Of a DNA stretch of 64,000 nt, positions 9,088 to 20,198 are shown piece by piece. The notes under the pieces are model-generated. The model was not told where the DNA came from. It searched no databases and was given only the letters and a program-made list of their open reading frames with translations. The DNA is from a virus. How positions within the stretch are numbered: position 1 is the stretch's first letter; each line of letters opens with the position of its first letter. Location of the stretch: the IMG/VR virus record IMGVR_UViG_3300017565_000004, positions 1,049 to 65,048 of that record; one strand, given 5' to 3'. The position numbers and the translations under genes are program-made.

Positions 9088-9945
9088 TTGCGATTAAGGG
9101 ATACGCAAGGCGTTACGGCAGAGCACGTTTATTTTACGGGGACGGGCACGGCGTACGATCCGGAAACCGGCGAGGCGTTGGTGTACGGTCCGGCGTCAAC
9201 GCATAAAGTCGTTAGTATTAAGCGGTCGGAGGCGTTTAAGGATCGCGGCGAGTTTAAGGGGCGACAGCGTGATTTTACGTTCTCCGTAATGGACGTACTG
9301 CACGAGGTTACTAACGCGCTAACTACGGCGCAATGCGGATACCTGCTGCTATTACAATGTTACGTTAATTACGGAGACGGGCGCCTATTAAACGCCGATA
9401 AGACGGTAATGTCTACGTCAGACATGCGGAACATACTAAACGTCAGCCGCTCGACCTTTCACGATTTCCTAACGCGCGCGACCGAACATAACTTTATATT
9501 AGCGCACGGCGACGGATCATACTCGATTAACGAACGGTATCATTTCCGAGGTAGCGCGCCGGCCGGAGAATCTATCGTAAAATCGTATACAGCGAAAGTC
9601 CGCCGGATATATGGGCGCGTGAAGCCGGCTGACCTCGGATTAATCTATCGTATGCTGCCGCTTGTTCACTATGCGACGAATACGTTGTGTTCGAACCCTA
9701 ACGAAAGTGTTCCGGAAATGGTACACGCGCTTAATCGTAAGGAGCTGGCGGAGTTGATCGGCGTAAGCGTAGGCGAAATTAGCCGCCGGCTGCCGAAATT
9801 AACGGTCGATGGCGAGTATGTTATCGCTAAGGTTACGGTGGGCGGCGTGGAATCGTATATGTTCAATCCGTGGGTATTTTACCGTAAAACGACGCAGCCG
9901 GACGATACGTTGCGTAGACTATTCAGCGTCAAGGCGGTGATTTAA
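9088..9945 (+). CDS. Double winged-helix DNA-binding protein (Rep-like)
   Basis: Two HTH segments (TSDMRNILNVSRSTFHDFL, NRKELAELIGVSVGEISR), each followed by YxINE/YMFNP wings. Confidence 0.6.
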   Translation: MRLRDTQGVTAEHVYFTGTGTAYDPETGEALVYGPASTHKVVSIKRSEAFKDRGEFKGRQRDFTFSVMDVLHEVTNALTTAQCGYLLLLQCYVNYGDGRLLNADKTVMSTSDMRNILNVSRSTFHDFLTRATEHNFILAHGDGSYSINERYHFRGSAPAGESIVKSYTAKVRRIYGRVKPADLGLIYRMLPLVHYATNTLCSNPNESVPEMVHALNRKELAELIGVSVGEISRRLPKLTVDGEYVIAKVTVGGVESYMFNPWVFYRKTTQPDDTLRRLFSVKAVI

Positions 9946-10565
9946 TGATGCTGACCTATAGATGCTGTAAATGTAAACAGTTAAAAGAGAGTGTATATTT
10001 TAGTAAGGATAGATCTCAGCCAAGCGGATTAGCGAAGAGGTGTAAGCAATGTGATAGCGACGTTCGCCGTGAGTACAGAACGAAGCATAGAGACGAAGAA
10101 AGGAGTAGGAACCGGAAATATTACCACGATAACAAAACGAAATTAATGGAACAACAGCGTGTACGTAGGAGGGAAAACAAAGCGGTATATAATCGATACA
10201 AACAAAATAGAAGGGCACGCCAACGACGTCTCCCTAATACATTAACCGCACAACAAGTGGAGGAAATACTAAAGGTATTCGGAAATAGGTGTGCATTATC
10301 CGGCGACATAGACATCGAATTAGATCATTTTATCGCTATATCTACAGGGAAGGGCGGAACTACTAGGAAAAATATAATACCGCTATCTCGAAAGTTAAAC
10401 GCTAGTAAGGGGAATAAACATCCTCTTCAATGGTTCGATGAAAATAAGGAAAGGTTTGGTCTATCTGAAGATAGAATGCAGGCAATCATATATTATTTAG
10501 CAAACCTAAACAATAAAACTACGGAAGAGTACGTTGAATACGTAAATAGATGCTACGCGGTTTGA
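9945..10565 (+). CDS. HNH endonuclease with N-terminal Zn finger
   Basis: CCKCKQLK...CKQC; ELDHFIAISTGKGGT...NASKG; AT-richer than neighbours. Confidence 0.85.
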   Translation: MMLTYRCCKCKQLKESVYFSKDRSQPSGLAKRCKQCDSDVRREYRTKHRDEERSRNRKYYHDNKTKLMEQQRVRRRENKAVYNRYKQNRRARQRRLPNTLTAQQVEEILKVFGNRCALSGDIDIELDHFIAISTGKGGTTRKNIIPLSRKLNASKGNKHPLQWFDENKERFGLSEDRMQAIIYYLANLNNKTTEEYVEYVNRCYAV

Positions 10566-11562
10566 CGTACCTGTGCGCTCACTCGGACAAATCGCCAAAA
10601 AGTGTGCGCTAATCCGAACACCTAAAATCGCCGAAACTCCACGTGGCTCTAAGCGAGTCGGCGATTTGGGTGCGAAATTATATCTTATCTTCACTGGTGG
10701 AAGTCTACGTACTATTTACGAAAAGTTATCGTAATATACTACCAATACTACGATTAATAAGGCTACTAAATTGCGGAGGTATTCGAAAATTTACGAAGGT
10801 AATACGGAATAAATCTCCGCATATAAAACATATCAGATAACCTATACTTCGTATATCTTATCTGAACGATTATTAAAGAATAAATAATATAGTCCGGTCT
10901 AGGCGAAAGCCTGGGCCGGTATTTGTTTATAAAGAAGTCGTAAGACTTCCCGACCATTCCCGTTCAGTCATATTGACTGTTCGTGAATAAACGTTATACG
11001 CCTCGCAGATATAACGAATGCCTAACGTTATATCCTTCGCATAAGCCGATCCGTATCCACCAACGTAACCTATCGATACTATTCGTTGCTATTATATGTA
11101 GCGTTATATTAGCGGTAGTTTACGTTAGGTTACGGAGATAAGGGAAACGGTAGGGATTCGTAGAGGGAACGTATAGAGGCGAGTACGTCCGTATGGTTAA
11201 CGGTTAAGCTTCGTTAATACACGTGCTGGACGGCGCTGACCGGAAGCCCTTCGGAAACTCACGGGGTCGGACGGATACTAACGCCTAATTCCGCCTATTT
11301 CGTTTGCACTATTACGCATATTTACGTTGGATCGGCGATTTACGGATGTTGACGTATGTGTGCGTGGGGGCTACGAATGGCGTAACGGTGCGGGTTCACG
11401 GGGATTCGGAGGGTCGGCGGAGATATGAACAAAAGAAGACTTTTATACATATCTACTGTATTAATACGCTAACACACTGGCAGCCCCCAACCACCTAGCC
11501 AAAGCGGGTTCGGTAGCTGTTCGGAATTTGCGCACAAAAATTTAATCTCAGGGAGGTCGTTT

Positions 11563-12225
11563 ATCATACGTACATGTACGGAATGTAACCGAAGTCAGCC
11601 GGAAGTTAAATTTTCGAAGCAGCATCGGAAATGTAACGGCTGTAGAGCGGCTCGTAGCGCAGAATATAGACGCGAATATCAACGTAAACAACGCGCAGAG
11701 AATACCGATACTATCCGTGAATATGGACGGAAGAAAACGCGGGAGTATCGCGCACGCCACCCGCACCGAACATTCCTATCAACGTCGAAGTATCACGCTA
11801 GGCTTGCGGACGTATTCTCGGACTTAACAGAGGATCAAGCGCTAGAATTATACGAATTGCCGGAAGTCTGCTCATACTGCGGCCGTACAGATACGGAAGC
11901 AGCCGAAAAGAAGGCGTTTTGCATCGATCACATTATACCGATGGTTCAAGGCGGACCAAACAGCCGCTGGAACCTTACGAAATGCTGTAACGGATGCAAC
12001 TCGTCTAAGCAATCGTCATCGCTCCGTGACTTCTACGAACGTACACCGGAATTTACGCCGGACCGCTTTAACGAAGTCGTTCGTACAATGTCGGAGTTAT
12101 CTGGCTACTCGTCCGAATATATCAACGAATTACTAACGCAATCATACGCATTCGAACAGGCGCACCATCGCGAACGGGAGCGCCTTTTATATTTACTCGG
12201 TAAGCATACGTCTGTAGCCGTGTAA
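11563..12225 (+). CDS. HNH endonuclease upstream of terminase, extended to a non-canonical ATC start
   Basis: CSYC, IDHIIP, CNSSK; frame open back to ATC 11563 after GGGAGG, adding a CTEC..CNGC finger. Confidence 0.75.
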   Translation: MIRTCTECNRSQPEVKFSKQHRKCNGCRAARSAEYRREYQRKQRAENTDTIREYGRKKTREYRARHPHRTFLSTSKYHARLADVFSDLTEDQALELYELPEVCSYCGRTDTEAAEKKAFCIDHIIPMVQGGPNSRWNLTKCCNGCNSSKQSSSLRDFYERTPEFTPDRFNEVVRTMSELSGYSSEYINELLTQSYAFEQAHHRERERLLYLLGKHTSVAV

Positions 12226-12294
12226 TTTACGGCATTTTAGACGTTTGAACACCGAAAGGGTACAAATACATTACCACGAAGGAGGAACGCTAAT

Positions 12295-12741
12295 ATGACG
12301 CCAAAACAACGCGCAAAACTAGAAGCGCGATTAGACGGTCGGCAACGGCTCGCGGCACTTGCTTGCGTCGAGCGCGAATTTAGTCCGGAAGATGAACGTA
12401 AAGGATTCGAACAGATTGCGGAGGAAGCCGGCGTAAGTCGTAACACACTGTACGAATGGCGGACGCAGAATCGTGCATTTATCGAATATATGAACGCTAT
12501 ATCTGACGATTACTTATCAGGCAAACGGGCGGTCGTATATAAACGTTTGATGCAGCTGATCGATACGTCGCAGCCATCGGTTAAGGCGATTGACCTGTTT
12601 ATGAAGCGTGAGGGCTTGATTACGGCGAAAGTCGAGGTCGACACGTCATCATCCGGCAGCGGCACGAAGTCTAACGATGATTTAGCGGCTGAACTTGCGG
12701 AATTGGACGAGCTTTTAACCGATGACGGAGCTGATTCGTAA
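12295..12741 (+). CDS. Terminase small subunit (HTH)
   Basis: HTH EQIAEEAGVSRNTLYEW; coupled to large subunit. Confidence 0.8.
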   Translation: MTPKQRAKLEARLDGRQRLAALACVEREFSPEDERKGFEQIAEEAGVSRNTLYEWRTQNRAFIEYMNAISDDYLSGKRAVVYKRLMQLIDTSQPSVKAIDLFMKREGLITAKVEVDTSSSGSGTKSNDDLAAELAELDELLTDDGADS

Positions 12742-14498
12742 TGTTCGTCGATAACCGCTGGCTTGACCGGACGGAGCGCGGTGAACGGTTAACGTTACTC
12801 CGTGACCGTGCTGCCAAGCTACGTAAACTAATCGAAGCGAAGCTCGCTACGGAATATCACGTCGAGCAATACCGGGAATCAGTCGCCGAGTTAAAACGGG
12901 TTATTCGTATACACCGCGCGGAAGAGGATGTCGCTTATTTTACGTACGAGTACCTTTCCGACGGTGGAAATGCGGATAACGAGGATAACATCGTACGACA
13001 CGGCGAGGACGGTACGCCGCACGATCCGCTAGATCAGATAGCGCCAATACACCGCGAGTTCTTCGATTTATGTGATTACGTAGATCACGTAGAGAGGAAC
13101 GCCCGTCTTGCGATAGCGGCCGCCCGTGGACACTCGAAATCCGGTATGTTCTCGAACGCATTTCCGCTGCATCAAATCGTATACCGCAAACGAAAGTATA
13201 TACTCGAAATATCCGAAACCGATACGTTAAGTAAAAAGCTTATCGGATGGATTAATAAGCAATTGAAATATAACGCCAAGCTCCGCGAGGACTTCGGCGT
13301 TCTTTTGCATGAGCGGAATACACAGAACGAAAAGGACAACGAGGAAGCGTTTATCACTACGTCCGGCACGTTAGTCGAGGCGTCGTCGTCCGGTAAACAG
13401 CTCCGCGGTAAGCGGCACGGTTCGTATCGTCCCGATTTAGTTATCGTCGATGATCCGTCGTCAACGAACAACGAGGGAACGAAAGAGGCGCGCGAAAAGC
13501 TCGTACACTGGTTTAACTCCGTTGTCGTGCCGATAGGAACGAAGTCGACCGCGATTATACTCGTCGGTACGATGGTATCGGCGACGGGACTGCTTAATCA
13601 CGTACTCAAACGTAAGGACTTCAAGTCCTCGTTTCACGGCGCGGTTATATCGGAGCCGAGCAATCCGGCGTTGTGGGAGCAGTATCTCGAAATTTACGGA
13701 CGCGCCGAATCAATGGCGGAAGTGGACGAGTTTTACAACGCAAATAAAGAAGCGTTAGAAGAAGGCGTCGAACTTGCATGGCCGTGGCGGTGGACGTATC
13801 GGGCGTTAATGCACGAAAAGTTTAACATGGGCACGCGCGCATATAACTCGGAGTTTCGTAACTTGGCGTTTAGCGAGGACGAGCAGTTCTTCTTTCCGGA
13901 GAATTACGGTTATTATCGTTTCGAGTACGATGCCGGCCGCCGGTACGTTCGTTATAACGAGTTACGTATCCCGGTCGATGAGTTAACGATTAGTGGCGCG
14001 TGGGACATAGCGTTAGGTAAGAATGCGCGAAGCTGTTATAACGCCGTACTAACCGTTGGCCGCTACGAAAAGACCGGTCACATATTCGTATTAGACGAGT
14101 ACGCATCGAAGGAGCCGGCGCACGTATACATCGACTTAATCGTCGAGAAAATGCGCGAATGGCGCCATCACATATTTAGCGTAGAGACGATAAACGCACA
14201 GCACGAATTTTACCGCCAGCTACAGGAAGCCGCACGGAAAGCCGGTATCACGCGGACGAAAATTAACGATGTAAAGTCGCATAAGTCGTCGAAAGAGGAA
14301 CGTATCGAATCGTTAGAGCCGATGTGTCATAACAAAACGCTCGTATTTAACGAAGGACACCGGATGTTACTTGATCAGATGCAGCAATATCCTCACGGCG
14401 ATTTTGTGGATTCCGTTGATGCCTTGCAACTTTCGGTTGAACACGTTGCGCGAGCGAAGAAAGTCGTACGCAATAAGCCGGCACTATTTTATAAGTAA
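12741..14498 (+). CDS. terL: Terminase large subunit
   Basis: Walker A AARGHSKS, Walker B LVIVDD, nuclease AWDIA...HGDFVDS. Confidence 0.92.
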   Translation: MFVDNRWLDRTERGERLTLLRDRAAKLRKLIEAKLATEYHVEQYRESVAELKRVIRIHRAEEDVAYFTYEYLSDGGNADNEDNIVRHGEDGTPHDPLDQIAPIHREFFDLCDYVDHVERNARLAIAAARGHSKSGMFSNAFPLHQIVYRKRKYILEISETDTLSKKLIGWINKQLKYNAKLREDFGVLLHERNTQNEKDNEEAFITTSGTLVEASSSGKQLRGKRHGSYRPDLVIVDDPSSTNNEGTKEAREKLVHWFNSVVVPIGTKSTAIILVGTMVSATGLLNHVLKRKDFKSSFHGAVISEPSNPALWEQYLEIYGRAESMAEVDEFYNANKEALEEGVELAWPWRWTYRALMHEKFNMGTRAYNSEFRNLAFSEDEQFFFPENYGYYRFEYDAGRRYVRYNELRIPVDELTISGAWDIALGKNARSCYNAVLTVGRYEKTGHIFVLDEYASKEPAHVYIDLIVEKMREWRHHIFSVETINAQHEFYRQLQEAARKAGITRTKINDVKSHKSSKEERIESLEPMCHNKTLVFNEGHRMLLDQMQQYPHGDFVDSVDALQLSVEHVARAKKVVRNKPALFYK

Positions 14499-14516
14499 CG
14501 AAAGGAGGACGTTAAT

Positions 14517-16058
14517 TTGACGAAGCTATTCCAGCCTGGCGCTCAATACCCGCCGGCATCCGAAATCGAACGACTCGCGAAGTATAAACGGTCACGCGCG
14601 ATATTCGACGGCCGCCTATACGAAGTATACGAACGCGCATCGGATTTACTAAAAGATACGCCGGCCGCCGCACAACTCGCTAAGTTGTATATCGCAGTCA
14701 ACCTAATGGACGTCATTATTACGAAGCCGGCCGATTTAATGGTCGGCGATCCGCCCACGTTCGAATCCGGCGAGCGCGACGACACGGCCGAACAGCAGGC
14801 GCTTAATCGTATCGTAGAGGAAAACGATATCTTACAACTCGTACACGAATCGGTCATAGGCGCCGGCATTCGAGGCGACGCGTGGTATAAGACGTATTAT
14901 GCGCCGCGGCAAGATTACTCAGCGTTAGAATCCGCAGGCCTTCCGATACCGACCGACGTTGTGCCGGAGCCAATTATCGAAGCAGTCGACGCCAATTACG
15001 TATTTCCGGAGCTCGCTAAAGGTTCCCGTAAGAAATTCCGCGCAATTAACGTCGCCTATATCGAATGGGTCGACGAAGGTAAGGATGAAGTACCGTATCT
15101 GAACGTTGAACGTCACTTGCCGGGCTATATCGTATACGAACGTTACAAGGCGTACTCGACGGGCGTTGACAATTCGTTTGGCGTGCCGATACCAACGTTT
15201 ATGATAGGTGATGCAGTACCGACGGGGCGCGACGAAGATATTGTAACAACAGGCGTTGACCGTCCGCTTATATTCCACGTGCCGTACAAATCGGTTGACG
15301 ATGATTGGCGAGGCATCGGCGGTATTGAAAAGCTAGAATCCGTACTCGCGGCGATTAACGACCGCATCGTACAAATCGACTATATTCTGTGGAAGCACGC
15401 CGATCCTATCGCGTACGGTCCGGACGATATAGACGGTGGCGATGATGGCGGAAATGCCGTGCGTTGGGGCGGTAAATATATTCCGGTCGGCAAAGAGGAC
15501 GTAACGCCCGGTTATATGACGTGGAGCGGCGAGCTTGACGCGGCATTTAAGGAATTGGACATGCTCCTATCGATAGTATTCGTTGAATCTGAAACGCCGC
15601 AGTGGCTGTTCGGTACGGTTATCGCAGGCTCCGATAAAGGTGGCACAGGCACGTCACACACGGACGGCGCGGCAATTAAAGCGCGGTTCATGCCGATACT
15701 TTCGAAGGTTAAACGTATCAGAACGCACTTCGACCGGGCGCTCCGCGACGCATTATGGACGGCGATGGTACTCGAAAATTACGCGAACGAAGATGTCGAG
15801 GGCTTTACGCCTTACGATCCGGTATATCCGAAGATTAACTGGCGCGACGGTATTCCTCGTAACGAGAAGGAAGAAGCGGAGATTTATCAGATTCGTACCG
15901 GTAACAAGCCGACGCTCGACGTTAAATCCGCTATTAAACGTATGGACGCTTACGACGATATGCAGGCGGACGAAATCGCGCAGCGGATTGAGGCGGAGGA
16001 AAAGGCGGCGGCATTCGTCGATAGTTCGGTATTTAACGGTGGCGGCGGTGATAATTAA
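14517..16058 (+). CDS. Portal protein (SPP1 gp6-like)
   Basis: 513 aa after terL; YMTWSG, GAAIKARF, INWRDGIP. Confidence 0.88.
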   Translation: MTKLFQPGAQYPPASEIERLAKYKRSRAIFDGRLYEVYERASDLLKDTPAAAQLAKLYIAVNLMDVIITKPADLMVGDPPTFESGERDDTAEQQALNRIVEENDILQLVHESVIGAGIRGDAWYKTYYAPRQDYSALESAGLPIPTDVVPEPIIEAVDANYVFPELAKGSRKKFRAINVAYIEWVDEGKDEVPYLNVERHLPGYIVYERYKAYSTGVDNSFGVPIPTFMIGDAVPTGRDEDIVTTGVDRPLIFHVPYKSVDDDWRGIGGIEKLESVLAAINDRIVQIDYILWKHADPIAYGPDDIDGGDDGGNAVRWGGKYIPVGKEDVTPGYMTWSGELDAAFKELDMLLSIVFVESETPQWLFGTVIAGSDKGGTGTSHTDGAAIKARFMPILSKVKRIRTHFDRALRDALWTAMVLENYANEDVEGFTPYDPVYPKINWRDGIPRNEKEEAEIYQIRTGNKPTLDVKSAIKRMDAYDDMQADEIAQRIEAEEKAAAFVDSSVFNGGGGDN

Positions 16059-16870
16059 TGACCGAGCGCGATATCGAAACGTTAATCAAAGCATATAAAG
16101 ACGCTGTTAAACGTATCCGTGCCGAACTACTATCGCTCGACTTAACGGATATGACGCGGGCCGTAACGGAAGCGGCTCTCCGCGAAGTCGCCGGCATCTT
16201 ACGTGATCTTAACGAAGAATCCGCCGCATGGGTCGCGGAACATATACCGGAAGTCGCACGGCAGGCGGTCGCGGAAACAATCGTATCGGTCGGTGTGGCG
16301 TCTACGATAAAGGAAGCGCGCGAGATCATGACGTTTAGTCGTATGAATCAAACGCTAGTTAACGCAGTTATCGAGGATACGCAAGCGGATTTACTCGCTG
16401 TTACGCAGAATATCGACCGGCGAGTACGTTCGACCGTCCGTAAAGTTACCGCTGATTCAATGCGTGCGAATATGGCGGCGGGTATTAACGGTCGTAAAAC
16501 GATAAGCCGCGACATATTACAGAATATGCGGGCGGAACTCGGCAAGGCGGTCGAAACCGGCATTATTGACGCAGCCGGCCGCCGATGGAAACCGGAAGTA
16601 TACGTAGACATGGTCGTACGGACGAAAACGGCAGCGACGGCTCGTGACGTAAGAATAAACGAAGCAGTATCACGCGGCGTTTTATATGGGCGGATATCGA
16701 CGCATGGCGCGACGGACGCTTGCCGCAAATACGAAGGTAAAATCGTAAAGCTAGTACCGGATGCGCCCGGTGACTATCCGTATATTGGCGAACTACCGCG
16801 TAACGAAATATTTCATCCGAACTGTAAACACGTAGTTTTACCGGTTAGAAATCCGGAGCCGAGGGCGTAG
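16058..16870 (+). CDS. Minor capsid protein (gp7/MuF-like)
   Basis: DAAGRRWKPEVYVDMVVRT...CRKYEG...FHPNCKH. Confidence 0.85.
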   Translation: MTERDIETLIKAYKDAVKRIRAELLSLDLTDMTRAVTEAALREVAGILRDLNEESAAWVAEHIPEVARQAVAETIVSVGVASTIKEAREIMTFSRMNQTLVNAVIEDTQADLLAVTQNIDRRVRSTVRKVTADSMRANMAAGINGRKTISRDILQNMRAELGKAVETGIIDAAGRRWKPEVYVDMVVRTKTAATARDVRINEAVSRGVLYGRISTHGATDACRKYEGKIVKLVPDAPGDYPYIGELPRNEIFHPNCKHVVLPVRNPEPRA

Positions 16871-16902
16871 AAATAAATATAATTTCGGAGGTGAACTGTA
16901 GG

Positions 16903-19900
16903 GTGGGAATATCATTTCGCGAGGCCCTGCGACTTAATCTAACAAGCCCGGTAGCTAACGACGTAAAACTAGGATATATCATAAGGGAACTCCAAGAGAA
17001 GATTGAAGCGTTGGAGGAAAATCCCCCTGCCCAAGAGCCGCTATATTTAATTACAGGTGGCGAAGGCTATAGTAAAACAGGTACGTGGCAATCGTCATCC
17101 CTAAAGTCGTATAACGATTCGCCAACCGAGTACGCCAACGTTGGGGATAGCGTAGCTGTTTGGACAACTTACGCTCCTAGAAACGGGAACTACGATATAT
17201 TTGTGTGGTATCCCGAATCAACGTCGAGTAACAAAACTGCAAATTACGATATTATAACGCCGCTTGGTACGTGGAAGGTAGTTATAGATCAAACGGTTAA
17301 TGGCGGTAAGTGGTCTAGGCTCGCGACAATAAGGGGACAAAAAGGCGCTGGTATTACCGTTAGGTTAACGTCAAAGGCAGGCACCTCGACGAGAACAGGT
17401 GCTGTACAAATATCGTTTACAAGAAACGAAGCGGATGAGCCTTCTCCGACAGCACCGCAGGATACTACGAGCGTTTTAGTATTTGCTAACCAATCGGGAT
17501 ACGATCTTGATAAACCTAAGAGAGTAACAGTGACGAATGTTTCTGACGGCACAGCGTTTGCTGTAAAACGAGCAGACGACAACACGACAGTTTACACAGG
17601 GACTGTTACCGGACAAGTTGCTGATTTCACTTCGTACAATCCGGCAGGTGCAGCGACTACGCAATATTATGTAGAGTGTAACGCTGTAAAATCGGATAAC
17701 TTTAAGATCAACAAATACCTAATGGCAAGAGTAAGTACCGTTCCAGCATTGAGATTTATGGTAGAATCGCGATCCGATACATGGAAGCCTGGATTAAATG
17801 GACTTGGTTGGAGGGATTCGCATCAGTTTTCGTTTGAGCTACCTTCTTTAGTATGGCAGTACATGGCTAATCCATCCGTATATGACCGTATGCCTCACGG
17901 AGTTACGCATCTATCAGACTCAAAATTTGCAGCGCTTCGAACACAAAATGAGCCCGACATTGTTTGGCTGATTAAGTTTGGTGCTATGGTTTATTATGAT
18001 TTAGTTGTTAATAAAGGCAAGCAGTTACATGCACTAGTAAAAGCGCAGCTCGCCTATTTCTTATATCTCTACCCTCATATTAATCAATGGGTGGACGAAA
18101 CGCTTTATACGCAAATTAGAGATATGACGGTTACGCAGTGGTCCGTTGCAGGAGTGAGTTCTGACCTCCAATGGTACGATGTCGGATCGTCTACAGACAA
18201 CAACCTGTTAGCGACGCAAAGTGTAATCGGCGATATTAAGGGTTCACAACCGCCGGGCTACGCAATCTTACCGAATCTACTAATGTACGAGGTTGCCGTT
18301 CGTGACGGATTAGCTAACCCGCAGCAATACATGACAGCGGCGGTAAACAACGCTAAGTGGCTCGTAGATAACGTAGATTTAAGCAATCCGTCGTACACGA
18401 AAGGTCAGCGCATGTCCGAACACGTTACGCTTACCGCGCTTGCGTATATGCTTGAAAAGTATCCAGCGCAGGCACCATCCGGAACACAGGCGAAAATTGA
18501 CGCTTGGGCCGCTAAGATGATTGCGCGTTCTAATAACTTATGGGATTTACGTAAGTATTCGGACACTGCTGCGGGCGATTCGTTGTCTCAATGGACAGTC
18601 GGCGAATCAACGAACGAGCCGGGCAACATCGCAGGCTTCCCGTCAGTAGCATTAGCCGCTAGGCGAGTAATCGGTAATAGCGCGTACAAATCGAGACTTA
18701 TGGAACTTGCCGTATCGCATATCGACCACATGTTTGGACGTAACCCGTTCGGCAGACACTTCTCGCACGACGCGGCGACCGAAATAGAAGGCGTTAAACG
18801 TGGATGGGCCGTAGAGTATCCGGGCGTAGGCGCCGGCGATCTCGGTTCCGTACCGGCTGTTATCGATGGCTCACCGAAAGAATCAGCGTATCCATTTGCG
18901 CCGACCGCCGATCCGGGCTACGTCGAAGGTTGGGTGGCGCATAATACCGCATGGAATATGTCACTTGCGTATTCGGCGGCTGACGACGTAGAAGTTAAAG
19001 TATACGATTCGTCCTTTACGTCCGAAGTGATGACCGTTAACTCCGGCGACACAATCGGTATTCAACTTAAAGCGCCGTTAAATCTCGATCCAAGCGCCGT
19101 AGAGATGGGCGTAGTTAAAGTAACGTTAAGCAGCGGCACTGTCGTTGACGTGACGGTTACGGAAGTAACTGCGGACGATTTTTACTTCCGTGGGACATAC
19201 GTAGTCCCTGCGAATACTACTTACGTTAATGTATCGTATGGTTACGGATTGTTTAAGAAAGAAACACGCGTAAGTATCGGTGGGGAACCGCCGCAACAAG
19301 ATACAGAACCGCCAAGCGTGCCAACTAACTTAACGAGCGGAACGCCTACGACAGATTCCGTACCGCTTTCGTGGACAGCATCGACAGATAACGTAGGAGT
19401 AACCGGATATCGTATAGAAGGCGGAGCGAGCACGGTAGACATCGGAAATGTGACGAGCTATACATTAACGGGCCTATCGCCATCGACAACGTACGCGTTT
19501 ACGGTAAAAGCAAAGGATTCGGCGGGCAACGTTTCTAGCGCATCTAATGCCGTTACGATCACAACTGCCGCAGAGGTTGAACCGACGCAAGTTGCTTACG
19601 ATACATTTACGAGAGATAACGGACCGCTCGGAGTATCAGAATCCGGTCAAACGTGGGACGTTACCGCATCTAGTCAAGGTAGCGCATGGACGGTCGTAGA
19701 CGGAAAAGCGGCTTATACGGCGACTAACTTAGGGCTGGCGTTAATCGATGTAGGAACGCCTAACGCAAAAGTTTCCGCTAAGATCACATATCGCGCAACG
19801 GATGGATTAGCTGGCCGCGTAAAAGACTTTAGCAATCACTATATTGTACGTATAAGCAGTGCAGGCTTCGGAATGTTTAGGATTGTGAGCGGAGCATCTA

Positions 19901-20112
19901 CGTCAATCGGTAATTACGCGTTTACACCGACGGCTGGGCGAGAGTATCAAGTCGCTATGGAGTTTGACGGTACAACGATAAAAGGCTACTTAGACGGCGA
20001 GCTTAAAATCACAGCGCTAAACGAAACAGCCTACGCTACAGAGACAAAATTCGGATTGCGAGCTTCAAATTCCGTTAACGGTCGTTACGATGATTTTGTA
20101 ATCGAAGCTTAA
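16903..20112 (+). CDS. Multidomain glycoside-hydrolase-like protein: anchor peptide, CBM-like, Ig-like, GH9-like barrel, FN3, beta-sandwich
   Basis: ANQSGYDLDKPKR (CelD_N-like), HMFGRNPFG and EGWVAHNTAW (GH9-like), DTEPPSVP..LSWTASTDNVGVTGY (FN3); RBS GGAGGTG fits GTG 16903. Confidence 0.7.
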   Translation: MGISFREALRLNLTSPVANDVKLGYIIRELQEKIEALEENPPAQEPLYLITGGEGYSKTGTWQSSSLKSYNDSPTEYANVGDSVAVWTTYAPRNGNYDIFVWYPESTSSNKTANYDIITPLGTWKVVIDQTVNGGKWSRLATIRGQKGAGITVRLTSKAGTSTRTGAVQISFTRNEADEPSPTAPQDTTSVLVFANQSGYDLDKPKRVTVTNVSDGTAFAVKRADDNTTVYTGTVTGQVADFTSYNPAGAATTQYYVECNAVKSDNFKINKYLMARVSTVPALRFMVESRSDTWKPGLNGLGWRDSHQFSFELPSLVWQYMANPSVYDRMPHGVTHLSDSKFAALRTQNEPDIVWLIKFGAMVYYDLVVNKGKQLHALVKAQLAYFLYLYPHINQWVDETLYTQIRDMTVTQWSVAGVSSDLQWYDVGSSTDNNLLATQSVIGDIKGSQPPGYAILPNLLMYEVAVRDGLANPQQYMTAAVNNAKWLVDNVDLSNPSYTKGQRMSEHVTLTALAYMLEKYPAQAPSGTQAKIDAWAAKMIARSNNLWDLRKYSDTAAGDSLSQWTVGESTNEPGNIAGFPSVALAARRVIGNSAYKSRLMELAVSHIDHMFGRNPFGRHFSHDAATEIEGVKRGWAVEYPGVGAGDLGSVPAVIDGSPKESAYPFAPTADPGYVEGWVAHNTAWNMSLAYSAADDVEVKVYDSSFTSEVMTVNSGDTIGIQLKAPLNLDPSAVEMGVVKVTLSSGTVVDVTVTEVTADDFYFRGTYVVPANTTYVNVSYGYGLFKKETRVSIGGEPPQQDTEPPSVPTNLTSGTPTTDSVPLSWTASTDNVGVTGYRIEGGASTVDIGNVTSYTLTGLSPSTTYAFTVKAKDSAGNVSSASNAVTITTAAEVEPTQVAYDTFTRDNGPLGVSESGQTWDVTASSQGSAWTVVDGKAAYTATNLGLALIDVGTPNAKVSAKITYRATDGLAGRVKDFSNHYIVRISSAGFGMFRIVSGASTSIGNYAFTPTAGREYQVAMEFDGTTIKGYLDGELKITALNETAYATETKFGLRASNSVNGRYDDFVIEA

Positions 20113-20198
20113 CGGCTGACCACACGTACACGTCAATAAACTGTTTACGGATGTATTATTATAGCCGACGGGCTTTAACCGGTGGAGGTAACGATATT

